The notes below the pieces were generated by a model that made no database searches, was not told where the DNA came from, and was given only the letters and a program-made list of their open reading frames with translations. A stretch of 62,910 nucleotides of DNA, the filler included, from Octopus bimaculoides (taxonomy: Eukaryota): NCBI RefSeq assembly GCF_001194135.2. It is 5 parts of 4 records of this genome, joined end to end, with 100 filler letters (N's around TTAATTAATTAA, not from the genome) between each part and the next. Parts side by side here need not be neighbours in the genome. Positions count along the whole stretch, not along the records: positions 35,584 to 51,352 come from NC_068986.1; 4 more parts are not named here. The stretch is one strand, 5' to 3'. The translations under genes were made by a program, and so were the position numbers. Below are positions 38,254 to 51,452 of the stretch, piece by piece; the stretch's first letter is position 1; the number at the start of each line of letters is the position of its first letter.

Positions 38254-41200
38254 CTTAAACATAACAGCATACGTTCAATATATGTTCCCCACCACGCTCT
38301 GCACCGTGCAGTTTGCACATAACCACTGAAGTAACATAAAGACTGAAAGCCTTAAAAAAGGTGGAAAAGAAAACAAAAACACTTTTTGGCGGGTTTTACA
38401 AAAAGTGGAAACATTTTAAGGTCTTAGTTGTAGCTTGTGTAGCGTGCTAGCTGGAACATATAAGCATACTACAAATTTACTAGCTGAAATAATTTGAAAG
38501 AAAATAACACCAGTAGCAATACCTGCCGACTACCGTCATAAACAAAGCATCCCCGTCACACTCTGCCTATACATCGACAACGTGGGAGCTTGTAAAAGGT
38601 TGCTCAAGCTGCTAGAAATAACAGTCTTTAAAAAATGGAGACATTAGTTAATGTTGAATCTGATGTAAAACAAGACGGGGTTATCTGGGTCGGAACACTT
38701 TTGATTGATTATATAGGATAGCTATGGAGCTAAACAATGTAACCTCCCCAAATCACATTAACGCGATCGTTTAAACTGCTAAAAATAACAGTGAAATCTC
38801 TCTCAAATCGATGTTTAAAAATATTGGTATAGATATACATTAGGTGACGCAGTCGGAGATCCTTGTCCACCCCAAATATAGTATGGTCACGGCTGGAAAA
38901 CATGATCATAGAGTTACTCGATTAGAATTGACCTAGAGATAAACTATATACCCCCGTTACCGAAACCAAGTAGACGACAACAACCACCAACATCGGATGC
39001 AGTGTGCTCAATAAAAAACAATACATATCACTAACGACTGTATGACCGCCACCTACAGACAATCCGCTTCCACCACCACCACCTTCTGTATCCTTACCAC
39101 TATCACCACTACGATAACAACCATATCGTAGCCACTACCACCATCACTACTGCAGACATTATCCTCCCTATTACCAACGATATTTCTACTACAATCATTA
39201 CCAACATAAGCAACTATATTACCACCACTATTTACATCTCCGCTGCCGCCACTACAAACAACTATTTATCTACAACCATCACAAACTGTATCACCACCGC
39301 CACCACCACTCACTGTATCAGTATCACTATTACAAACTATCATTCACTACCATCAACATAAACAACTTTAAACCCCGCCTTCGTCTCTACCACTACCATA
39401 AAGGACGATTTCCCCACCGCCTCCACCACTGTAATCAAAACCAGTATTGTCATCATCAAACAGCAAGCCAAGCGAATGTGGTTACTGGTACTGCTAAAAA
39501 CATCAGCTAAAACCCCATCAAACCATACCCCCGACATTAAATAATCCGAGTCTAGTTGAGCTGAAATGAAAAAGACGTGATGGTCACATCTGGACTGCCT
39601 TTGATAATTGATCTCTATTCAACGAGTGTCGACTTGGGCTCAAACAACAATGCCACAACATTAGGAAACGTAAACAATATCGCCACTGTCATTAGCAACA
39701 TCGTCAACGTGGGGGCCTCTGCGTGGTTGCTCGACCTGTAAAAAACGGCAGCTGAATTGCACCCTATGATATTGAAGGAAAATAATTTGGATAATTCTCT
39801 GTGTTTGGGTTGTATTTGAGAAAAGACGGGTTTGGTTGCGGTTGGAATGCTTTTGATCATAGTTCTTTTGCGGTCAGGATTGATTCGGGACTAAATAATA
39901 ATAATAATCACACGAGGAACGTCAACGATTAACCACATTGTAACAGCAACATGTCCTTATATCATCACTAGTAACAACATCAACAACTACTACTACTATG
40001 TTGACACCACCATCATCACTACTACAAGCACTTCTATTAATTACAACAGCCCACTCCTAAGTTTTTGAAGTACAAAAACAACCTCACTCCTCCTTTTCAC
40101 TATATCGCAAAATAACAAAAACAACTCCAAACTCATTACTTCCTCACTTACAACAACAACTTCTTAACTACTTCACCAATCACAACAACAATTATACTGG
40201 TGAATTTATTTATTTGCTGGAATATGTTATTTTTTCTTCTTAAGTGGTTGTGTCTTGCTTGAAAACAAGATTTCTAACCAGTTGATCAGCAGAAAAGTGT
40301 TTACTTGAAAGAAATGCATTTGTATTTGGTAAATATTTTTTTCCTTTAACGAAATAATTATTTACATTTGTTTACAGCTGTCCAAAGTCCCACATCATCG
40401 GATTAAATAATAATAATAATAATAATAATTGTACATTGATATGCATTTAATAATATCCATAGATGCTGTTTTATTAGCGAGCGGGATCTCTGAGGATTCC
40501 AAGTTTTATAAATGCGTCTTGTTTCTGTTTTAATGTTTAAATTTGTAATCTTCAAAATAACATTCGTTTTATTATTTAAAAACTATCGGTTAAGTTTCTA
40601 TTTCTTTCCATAGCTAAGGTTTTAGAAAGTAAAATATTCGAACGTTGTGTAACTTTCGGAAACGTTTGCCTTGTTAAAGGTTTCGATTAAGTCTTTGATT
40701 GCATTCCGTAATTTTTTTAAGCGTCACACTCGAACACACGTGGCCACAAGCAGAAAAAAAACAACACAATATCTACCTCTATAATATTTCTATATATCGT
40801 ATCCCTCTGTATGTTCTATTTCTAACTTTGGAGTGTCTTTTCTCTATCTCAGCAACGGAAGAATTCTTTCAAACAAAACATCATTTCAGCGTGGTACAAC
40901 GGGGCACAACGTGGAAGAATGCTTTTACATATAATCGCTTTTCTAAGTTTACATTTTGAGTTCGAATCCGGTTGGTGTTGATTTTGTTTTACATCGCTTT
41001 AGTATTTACCAACATCCCCTTCTTCGCTGTGGTAGAAAGATTTGGTTGTTATTTCTAGCAGGCCTAACGACTATACAAACTTTTCTCGACTTGTCCGAGA
41101 TGTGCAGAGATGAAACCATCTGTCAATACACTCGCTCAGTGACCACAAATTACTACTAACTTGTGGTTCTTGCGAGCAGTGCGCGGNNNNNNNNNNNNNN

Positions 41201-41681
41201 NNNNNNNNNNNNNNNNNNNNNNNNNNNNNNNNNNNNNNNNNNNNNNNCGCAGGTCTAGGGGCCCAATTCTGATGTATATATACTGTAGATTGCTGTCAAA
41301 AAAGGGCGTAGGGGCTTATAATGTTGCTGAGACGGCTCTGCTTATGGAGCTGTTTTTGAGTAACCTCATGTCATACCTCATCTGGCTGAACTGATTCCAG
41401 TTGTGACCATTCCAAATTTTCGTTTATGAGTGGAGCTAAGTGGTAGAAATAACAGTATGCAATATTTACTTAATGCGTTAACTGTTTTGTATCAGTGCCA
41501 TATTCTGTTGAAACAATATATCTATATTACGCAAGTGTTTTGATCTGAGAGTGTGTTTAAACTAAAGCGATTGCAGCTTGGCAAACATAAGTTCAGTGAC
41601 ACGAAGACCGTCAACTCCACTAACATAATTATCTGTAATAAGGTGTCAAAATTTTCGCCAGCGATCCAGCGGCCTGTTCAC

Positions 41682-41847
41682 CAGGGCCGGCCCTAGGATT
41701 GCTGGCGCCCTGGGCAAGCTGAACTTCGGCGTGTACAAGCTGACGGTCGTGGAAATTTCCTTGTCTTTGTCAGGCCCTCCTTGGCGCCACCAAGAACATG
41801 GCGCCCCGGGCGACTGCCCGAGTTGCCGGTACCTTGAGCCGACCCTG
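41682..41847. mobile_element. Non-autonomous hAT element (MITE), 166 bp, GC-rich
   Basis: TIRs CAGGGCCGGCCCTAGG and CCTTGAGCCGACCCTG (13/16 match). Perfect 8-bp TSD CTGTTCAC at 41674-41681 and 41848-41855. Confidence 0.93.
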
Positions 41848-43004
41848 CTGTTCACTAGAGATAAATATCTTTGCATACAATCTTCGTGGACANNNNNNNN
41901 NNNNNNNNNNNNNNNNNNNNNNNNNNNNNNNNNNNNNNNNNNNNNNNNNNNNNNNNNNNNNNNNNNNNNNNNNNNNNNNNNNNNNNNNNNNNNNNNNNNN
42001 NNNNNNNNNNNNNNNNNNNNNNNNNNNNNNNNNNNNNNNNNNNNNNNNNNNNNNNNNNNNNNNNNNNNNNNNNNNNNNNNNNNNNNNNNNNNNNNNNNNN
42101 NNNNNNNNNNNNNNNNNNNNNNNNNNNNNNNNNNNNNNNNNNNNNNNNNNNNNNNNNNNNNNNNNNNNNNNNNNNNNNNNNNNNNNNNNNNNNNNNNNNN
42201 NNNNNNNNNNNNNNNNNNNNNNNNNNNNNNNNNNNNNNNNNNNNNNNNNNNNNNNNNNNNNNNNNNNNNNNNNNNNNNNNNNNNNNNNNNNNNNNNNNNN
42301 NNNNNNNNNNNNNNNNNNNNNNNATATATATATATATAATCGATTAACTCCCTCCCCTAAAATCGAGGGTCTTGTTCCTAAATTTGAAACCATTTAGTTA
42401 AATTGTGAGTTCAGATCCTGTCGGAGTCAACCCTTCGATCTTTCCGATATTGATGAAATAGACATATACCAGACAAGTACTGGAATCGATTGTTATTCGG
42501 CTGTAGCGTCCCTCCCAACCCCCCCAAGAAACATTTGATAGCTTTGTACAATTTTAAAAATCCTAATTGTTAGAGTCACTGTTAATGTTGCTGTTCAAAC
42601 CCAGCTCAGCTCTAATATAAAGGAACTGCATTGGTTTCGTCATGTTAAATATTTTGATTATATCTATGATTTTATTCCATAGTTAAGTTTGTTGAATGTG
42701 TAACTCCCGAATTGGTTTTATGATAAAGTATATGTGAGAGCTACCTCCAAGTGCTCAACACGAGAGTTAATATAATCTTTTTTGATCCAGCGCTGGTCAT
42801 TCATCCTTTTATTTTGCTTCTTCAGATGTATCTAGGGATACATTATCTAATATTCACTTTTTTAAGATGTCAAAGATTTGAGTATTATTTCTAGAAGTCC
42901 GAACGACCATAGAGATGTTCTCTGACGTGTCCGAAATGCGCAGAGATGATTGAACCGTCCGTCAATACTTTCTCTCAGTGACCGCAGATTATTACTAAAC
43001 TTAC

Positions 43005-43077
43005 TGTTCGTCTTGTGACCTGTTGTTGAATAATCCCATGTCCCTGAACTATCAGAACTTTGATCGTCGATATCCAT
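43005..43077 (-). CDS. Candidate first coding exon of a small orphan gene (MDIDDQSSDSSGTWDYSTTGHKTN)
   Basis: ATG, 24 codons plus 1 nt, then the consensus donor CA|GTAAGT. Phase is compatible with 38030-38253. Confidence 0.4.
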
Positions 43078-44766
43078 CAGTGGCTTGCCCAGGATTTTGT
43101 TTATTCAACACTACATCAACCTATGTCTTCTCTCGAATTTTTTAACGATAGGTTGTGGTTTAGGAAAGATTTTTACTGCTAGTTCTAGCAGGTTGTGCAA
43201 CAACATAGAGGATCTCACGTTGACTAGAGTCAGAGGCTCTCTAGATATGTCACGCTCTCAAATCAAATCATCTCATCTATAATACTCAAATAATCTATAC
43301 CGTTTAATCACAGTAATTGTACAGTCATATTGTTTTGTACAATTTCCTTACTGTTTGTCTGATGACTGCTCATATCCACACAATTTCTTCTTCCGTCATA
43401 AGTATCGTTTATCACATAGGATCACACAAGTTCACACTACTCTTTGCATGTGTTTACTTTTAGACTATTTTTATGTTACGCCCATCGCTACTATGTTATT
43501 GTATTACACTATAGTAACTTGGAAATTTCACTGTATTTATATAGGCGCAGGCGTGGTTGTGTGGTAAGATTGTTTCCCAACCACGTGGTTCTAGATTCAG
43601 TCCCACTGCGTGGCACTTTGGGCGAGTGTCTTTAGCTATAGCCTCGGGCCAAATAAAGCCTTGTGAGTGGATTTGGTAGACGGAAACTGAAAGAAGCTCG
43701 TCTGTGTTTGTACCCCACCACCATCACTTGGCAACCGGTGTTGGTGGGTTTACGTCCCCGACCTATAGAACAAGTACCAGGCTTAAAACAAATAGTACTG
43801 GGGTCGATTTGTTCCACTTAGATTCTTCAAGGTGGTGCCCCATCATGGCCGCAGTCAAATGACAAACGAGTAAAAGAATAAAAAGAATATGTGTGTGTGG
43901 GTGTGCGCGCGCGCGCGTTTGAAAGAGAGAGCTTGTATTTGTACCTGCAACCACTTGACAACTAATGTCAGTTAACCTTCCCCTTAACATAGCGGTTCGA
44001 CAAAATGTCAATAGAATAAACAGACTTACAAAAATAAGTACTGAAGTGATTTGTGCAATGAAAATGGAGTGATTTGTTCAAGGCAGTGCCCTAGCATGGC
44101 TGCAGTCCAATGATTGAAACAAATAAAAGATAAGACATATGTGATGGCATGTTTAAGCATGTGATCGAAATGAACGCAATGTTTTAAGACAAAATTAAAA
44201 AAAGAAAAAAAACTTGTAAAAGCGTATGTTGAAATGTACTAGTTTTCTATGCACTGATTGTTTTCTTGGAGAATGTGGAAAAAATTTTTAGTGCTACTGA
44301 TAAAATAATTATTTACATGTAATATAGATGCATGATATAATTTACATACAGTCTGTGTTTATATATCACCTATATAAATATAACACACACACTTGCATAG
44401 ATATATACATATGCATTCACACACAGTGGTAATAAAACACTATATACATATATATATATTGTCTATTACATGCATAATTGCCTAATCTGTACACAGCTAG
44501 TCTCCAACACATTTATACAGAAACTAAGTACATTTTGTTGTGTTCATTTTCTGTTTTCATATTTTACTATCCTTTCATTTGCATGCTAAAATAGGACGTG
44601 AATAGTTCACAGGTTACACTTTATTTAGACTTAGCAAGATATTAAATATTCAACAGATATTCATACAGCTATGAATTATTTGGGGCTGCAATAAGTCTAA
44701 AGAATGAAAGAACACATGGTAACTGATATAAAAGGAAATATATGAGAGATTGCTTATTGGCTTTAC

Positions 44767-44990
44767 CCCTTTTGTTACCATGTTTCTGTTGAGATGCTTT
44801 CTGTTTCTTTCAATTAATTTTAAATATACCAAAAAAAAATTAGTAAAATAACTTACTTATCATTAAATTAGTGTTAGGAGCATAAATTGTGACTAAGATT
44901 TGGTGGAAGATTCTAATTGAGAACTTTTGAAAACAAGACATTCGTACTACAGATCTAGAGGCGGTTTCAGCTGAGTTGGTATCAAAAGGG
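44767..44990. mobile_element. piggyBac-like MITE (TTAA site), older copy
   Basis: Ends CCCTTTTGTTACC and GGTATCAAAAGGG|TTAA. Collinear with 50207-50427. Confidence 0.85.
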
Positions 44991-45004
44991 TTAAGGATAT
45001 CATG

Positions 45005-45175
45005 AAGGGGCTGATTGGAGGCCCAACCTTCCTAGTTCTTTTACTGGGCTTAGAAAACCTGAAGGACTACTACAATAAGTGTGTGAATCTGACAGGGGAA
45101 TATGTTGAATAAAATCATAATTAACTGATCCTCTTGTATTTTCTTTTACCCAAAGCCAAGAACTTTTCAGCAGGA
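45005..45175 (+). mobile_element. Tc1/mariner transposase C-terminal remnant
   Basis: GLENLKDYYNKCVNLTGEYVE* resembles the mariner ending RWxKCxxxxGxYxE. Confidence 0.6.
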
Positions 45176-46997
45176 ATTATTAGTGGATCCTTTTATATAT
45201 ATATATACAATGATTCATTTAGATTTTCTTGATATGATGTTAATGCAAGATACACACATCCATTGTTTTAATGTCCACTTTGCCATGCTTACATGAGTCA
45301 GCTGGAATTTACTCAGGCAGATTTTCTACAGCTCACCTATTTTCATGCAAGGTAATATTTCTCGAAAATTGGACATGTTTTCTTGGAAAATTGCAAAAAT
45401 ATTGTGATGGTGATATTCGTTTCCAACAATGTAAGCACATTTCATCACCATCATCATAGTTTAACATGTTGGCATCGATTGGATGGTTTGATAGGAGCTA
45501 GTATGTCAGAAGACTGCACTAAGCTCCACTGATTGCTTTTACATGGTTTTTATGGCTGGATGCCAACCACTTTACAGAGTAGACTGGGTGGTTTTTTACA
45601 AGGCACCAGCACTAATGAGGTTTGCTTTGGCACAGTTTTTATGGCTGGGTGCTCTTCCAAATGCCAACCACTTTACAGGGTGGACTTTTTTTCAACAAAC
45701 ATAACCACACATGTACACACACAGACATACATGTCAGTCTTTTTTCAGTTGCATATATGTATATATGCGTATATGTTTGTGTCTGTGTTTGTCCCCCCCA
45801 CCATCACTTGACAACTGATGTTGGTGTGTTTATGTTCTCATAATTTAGCAGTTCAGCAAAGGCAACTGATAGAATAAGAACTACTCTTACAAAGAATAAG
45901 TCCTGGGGTCAATTTCTTCGACTAAAGGCTGTGCTCCAGTGTGGCTGCAGTCAAATGACTGAAACCAATAAAAGAATATATATAGATATCTATCTATCTA
46001 TCTAATATATATATAAAATATAGATATATAGGGCAGGGAATCGTCAATTAGTAATAAAATTAATAATTAACAATTTTGCCGAGTAGCTCAGTATGAAAAA
46101 ACCTTTATCGGTAAAACCATTTATAATCATAAATATANNNNNNNNNNNNNNNNNNNNNNNNNNNNNNNNNNNNNNNNNNNNNNNNNNNNNNNNNNNNNNN
46201 NNNNNNNNNNNNNNNNNNNNNNNNNNNNNNNNNNNNNNNNNNNNNNNNNNNNNNNNNNNNNNNNNNNNNNNNNNNNNNNNNNNNNNNNNNNNNNNNNNNN
46301 NNNNNNNNNNNNNNNNNNNNNNNNNNNNNNNNNNNNNNNNNNNNNNNNNNNNNNNNNNNNNNNNNNNNNNNNNNNNNNNNNNNNNNNNNNNNNNNNNNNN
46401 NNNNNNNNNNNNNNNNNNNNNNNNNNNNNNNNNTTAATTATTAATTTTATTACTAATTGACGATTCCCTGCCCTATATATCTATATTTTATAGCAATGCC
46501 TCTAAGTTGGATGGTTAAACCGCAACCCGTCATACGGGACTTTTTTCTATACGGGACTATTTATGACACACATTGAATAGATTCATTGAGGTGAGGTGTT
46601 TTAAACTCACTAGCCGATAAATTTCTTAGTGTCTGCCTCATGTGGTCTTGATGTCGCATGGTCAAAATTCACATGAGTTATTAGACACTTGCAAATTTAT
46701 TCGAATATTGAGGCTGAAGATCAGAATAGGGTAACTTCATACCCTTAACCGTGAAACATTGTACCCAGTTAACTAAAGGCAGGTTTGTTTTTACTCTTCT
46801 CTTCTGTTTTTTGTTCTGTGTGTGCCATAAATATCGCCATCCGTTAGAGAAAAAAATTGTAGTTTGGAATCAGTAGTTCTTTGACTGCTATTTCTGAATT
46901 CTCAGTATGTTGGAGAAGCAGGCTCCTGCTAATCCATGTATATTTATAATATATATATATATATACATTTATACATATAATGTGTGTGTGTTGTTAA

Positions 46998-47317
46998 GTC
47001 TATGTCTGGTCGTAGAGTGACCAATGGTTTCACATCCACAAGGGGCCTAGCCCCATGGATGTCTCGTCATACTCTAAAGCCGAAAACAAATGTAATTCAT
47101 CTCTGGGAGGCAGGAACCCATTTGTCATTTGGTCAGTAAGTCACTGTTACAGTCATTTGGACAGTAAGTGACTTACTGACCAAATGACCATAACGAATTC
47201 CTGCCTCCCAGAGGTGAAGAGTTACATGTCTTTGGCTTTAGAGTCTGACAAGACGTCCATAGGGCTAAGCTCCTTATGAATGCAAAACCATTGGTCATTC
47301 TATGACCAGACATATAC
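46998..47317. mobile_element. Fold-back (long-TIR) MITE flanked by TTAA
   Basis: Arms 46998-47144 and 47168-47317 are reverse complements at roughly 80% identity by eye. TTAA lies at 46994-46997 and 47318-47321. Confidence 0.85.
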
Positions 47318-48252
47318 TTAACTGCATATAGACACGTTACTACTCTATGCTTTACAGTGTGTTTCTTTTTCAGATATATGATACATTGACGATGGTTGTC
47401 TTTTGCCTAGTTCTGGGTCATCCCTGAGCAGGCTGACCTATGTTCAAAAGCATTCTACCCCTAACCATCCTGTTTTTCTTTCTTTCAGACACAGTGTACT
47501 CCAGATTATTATGCTATTTCTAGAAGGCTAAGTGATTATGTAGAGGCTCTCATATTAGCTGTTATCTAATCTAATTTTTCTTATTGATGATGGTAGAGTT
47601 GGCTGTTGTTGCAGGGTGATGGTTTTCATGATCTGACTAAAACTAGCTTTGAATATTCACTTGTTTTGCTAGAATATGTTACCTTTTTATATCCTACATT
47701 ATAGTATATTCTCTCAGTTCTTGTAATAACAGTTATTATAAGGGTGATAATATCTTTTCTTGTCATTCTGCCTTTCCCTATTGATATCTTATCTTGTTTT
47801 TCAATCTGTGTCAATCTCTTCTCTGTCTGAATAGCTTCTTTTATATTTTGATCACTATTGTACTTTTTATAGTTTTGCGACTTATATATCTTAGGTCATC
47901 CTGTTTTTCCCACTATCTTATATCAAACGCTGGTTTATGTATCTCCCATTATAGCAGTCTCATATAAAATAGTAAGTTGATTCTCTTATTCTAGCTGTCT
48001 GATATTAATTAGTAACTTCTAGTTATTCACTATAGCTGTTTATCATCAGATGCTTGATTCTGGCTTGATTCCATAGCTGGCATTGGCCTTGTGGATAAAG
48101 GCAAAGTGATGTTTCGTTGGATGAAAAATTGAGTTTGTATCCTAACACTGCTCAATTTCCTAGGTAAGATCACCATTTTCTTCCAACTTAACTAGTATAT
48201 CAGAGACATTTAAGTACACAAAGATTACTCATTGAACAGTATTACTTTAAAT

Positions 48253-48568
48253 CAGGTATTCTCAACCATTCTTGCCTTTGATTGCTGTTTTACTCAGATA
48301 GACCCCCATAGCCATTTGATGTTTAAAGACCAGTTTTATAGTTACTTTTTCAAAATTCCTATTGTGTTTTTTACCTATTCACTTCTGAGAGGACATGTTT
48401 CAGTGGATGGAAATCTGTTGAAATATGCAGAATATATGAGAAAGAAACCTAGTTGTTTCTTGCAATAAATACATCTAAAGCAAAATGTTTCCTCATGGAC
48501 ACCTCAAATGCTACTGAGAATCCCCAATTTACTATTTTGCTTGCTTGGACTCCAGTTGAGAACCACTA
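48253..48568. mobile_element. hAT-Charlie-like MITE
   Basis: TIRs CAGGTATTCTCAAC and GTTGAGAACCACTA. 8-bp TSD CTTTAAAT / CTCTAAAT (7/8 match). Confidence 0.75.
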
Positions 48569-49015
48569 CTCTAAATGGAAACTGCGAAGTCAGTGATATA
48601 TAAGGGTAAGGTAGATTTTATTGTGCTATCTTGTAATATTTTCTGTAAAGTTATCTTATATGAGCGGAGAACATTAGACAAGCGGTATTATTGTATCTAG
48701 TGTGATACTTAAATGTTCTGATTTTAAACACTATCAAAATAGATTTAAAAAATTTTATTCACTGTATGGAGTTTATAAAACTAATATAAAATGTTAATAT
48801 ACTTTGATTTAATCAATTAGTCTTCTCTAGTAAGAAAACTTGCCTTGTGTCTAAATCAAGCCATGTCGATGTATTTCTTCAGGAGTTTAGGAAATGACTA
48901 AGAGAGAACATTCGATTGGATGTCTTAATTTATTTAGTTCAGTTAGTGCCATTATTTGTCTCAGTGTGTGTGTGTATGCATGCATGTATGTAAATACATG
49001 TTTTTGTGTGTGTGT

Positions 49016-49049
<34 letters not shown>

Positions 49050-49622
49050 CAGTAGTTCATATATCCAAAAAGGAAGCATACTGTTAAAAAATTTGAGCAA
49101 TAATATATCTTTTTGGGAAGTTAATTGTTATGGCCTGTCTGAGAGTGAACGTTGGTTTCGCACCTATAAAGCGATTAGGTGTATAAACGACTCATCAGAT
49201 ACAAATGGCTGAAGGCACATAATCTCTCTACAACTGGAGGGAGGAATACGTCATGGTCAGTTAGCAATTTGCCTGCTTTTAGGAAATCATTAATAGCAAT
49301 GAAGACACATACTACAAACATGCATACATACACATATGTATGTGTGTGTGTGTGTGTGCTTTCATTGTTATTAATGATTTTTTTTAAAGCAGACAAATTT
49401 CCTTTCTGGCTCTTTTTTGTTCTGTGTTCAAATCCCACCATAACCAACTTTACCTTTCATCTTTTCAAATTCACTAAAATAAGTAACAAGTTTAAACAAT
49501 CAACTGAACAAACCTATGATCAAAAACATTCCTGCTGTGACCATCTCTTTTTTTTTGGCGGGGTGGGGCAGTCAGGTGGGGATGGTGGTTTTGTTTGTAT
49601 ATATCAGTTTATATTATCCAGT

Positions 49623-50006
49623 GTGGAGGCGCAATGGCCCAGTGGTTAGGGCAGTGGAGTCGCGGCCATAGGATCACGGTTTCGATTCCCAGACCGGGTG
49701 TTGTGAGTGTTTATTGAGCGAAAACACCTAAAGCTCCATGAGGCTCCGACAGTGGATGGTGGCGAACCCTGCTGTACTCTTCCACCACAACTTCCTCTCA
49801 CTCTTTCTTCCTGTTTCTGTTGTGCCTGTAATTCAAAGGGTCAGCCTTGTCACACTGTGTCACGCTGAATATCCCTGAGAACTACGTTAAGGGTACACGT
49901 GTCTGTGGAGTGCTCAGCCACTTGCACATTAATTTCATGAGCAGGCTGTTCCGTTGATTGGATCAACTGGAACCCTCGATGTCGTAAGCGACGGAGTGCC
50001 AACAAC
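49623..50006 (+). mobile_element. Full-length young tRNA SINE (family C) with a 12-bp TSD
   Basis: TSD ATATTATCCAGT at 49611-49622 and 50007-50018. Matches 6497-6885. Confidence 0.92.
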
Positions 50007-50206
50007 ATATTATCCAGTGTTTTCATTCATTTTAAGACAGGAGGGTGTGATTTCAGATTAATTTGACTTTTTGTTGCAGGTTGAGTGACCACATAAAGAT
50101 TCTGTTGTGGCAGCCTTAGAATTATTTGTATTATTTGCAAAGAGAACAATAATTCTGGATCATCATTTAAGTCATTTTCCATGCTGGCATAGGTTGCACA
50201 GTTTAA

Positions 50207-50427
50207 CCCTTTCGTTACTGTATTTATTTTGAGATGCTCTGTGTTTCTTTCAATTATTTAAAATATAACAAAGAATTTAGTAAAATAACTTGGTTATCAT
50301 TAAACTAGTGTTAGGAACATAAATTATGACTAAGGTTTGGTGGAAGATTTTAATTCAAAACTTATGAAAACAAGACATTTGTACTACAGAGCCAGAGCTG
50401 GTTTCAGCCCGCTTGGTAACGAAAGGG
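50207..50427. mobile_element. piggyBac-like MITE, 221 bp
   Basis: Perfect 12-bp TIR CCCTTTCGTTAC / GTAACGAAAGGG, with a TTAA TSD on both sides. Confidence 0.92.
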
Positions 50428-51452
50428 TTAACAGGATCTGGCAAGCCACAGGACTGCATTAAGCTTAAGTGTCAGTTTTGGCATAGTTTCTACAGCTGGA
50501 TACCCTTCCTTGTGTCAGCTACTTCACAGTGTGTACTGTGTACTTTGTCATGCCCTGTAACTTGCAAAGCAAGAAAAGAACATGAAAAAAGCCCGCCACT
50601 TGACAAAGTGGTGGTGGAGTATTTGAGAGGGAAAGGTGGTTAGGAAATTTGAATATCATCAAAAGCATGAAATTTCAATATAATAATGTAATGATTTTTC
50701 TTTGACAGAATGACTTAATGTAATGTCATTATGAAGAGCATCCATGTGTAAAAATGGTAATATGGAAGTTTATATAGGTCACAGTTATTTACCTGACTGT
50801 TCAAATAAATTGTTTGTGTACATGACAGAAATCTATTTGTTATCCTGACCTTATTTTTCATCTTTTCATATGATCCCACTTGAATGTCGTTGTCAAACTA
50901 TTTACCTCTCAGAGCAAATTATTTCTTTTATCATTGATTTTTGGTATGTAAAAGACACTTTTCAAATTTTAAATAATTATAAATTTTCTATTACTTGCCA
51001 TGAGGTTTAGTTATCTGTCTATCTATTTGATTCATATTACCTATGCCTTGATGTTATCTACCTTTATAATCTTTCTATATATTGTATCACTCTGTATAGT
51101 CTATATCTCTACAAATGTCTAACTTAGTATGTTATTATTTATATTATCTATCTACTTATATTATCTGTTTATATTATCTCACATCTGTCTGTCTGTCTGT
51201 CTGTCTGTCTCTGTCTGTTTCTGTCTGTCTGTGTGTCTGTCTGTCTCTCTGTCTGCCTCTCTGTCTGTCTGTCTCTGCCTGTCTGTTTGTCTCTGTCTGT
51301 CTGTTTGTCTCTGTCTGTCTGTTTGTCTCTGTCTGTCTGTTTGTCTCTGTCTNNNNNNNNNNNNNNNNNNNNNNNNNNNNNNNNNNNNNNNNNNNNTTAA
51401 TTAATTAANNNNNNNNNNNNNNNNNNNNNNNNNNNNNNNNNNNNNNNNNNNN

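Noticed and set aside
39060-39540. Thr-rich mucin-like reading frame
   Set aside because: A decayed (ACC/ACT/AAC)n triplet repeat with stops and frameshifts and no splice signals. Similar sequence occurs at 39940-40200.
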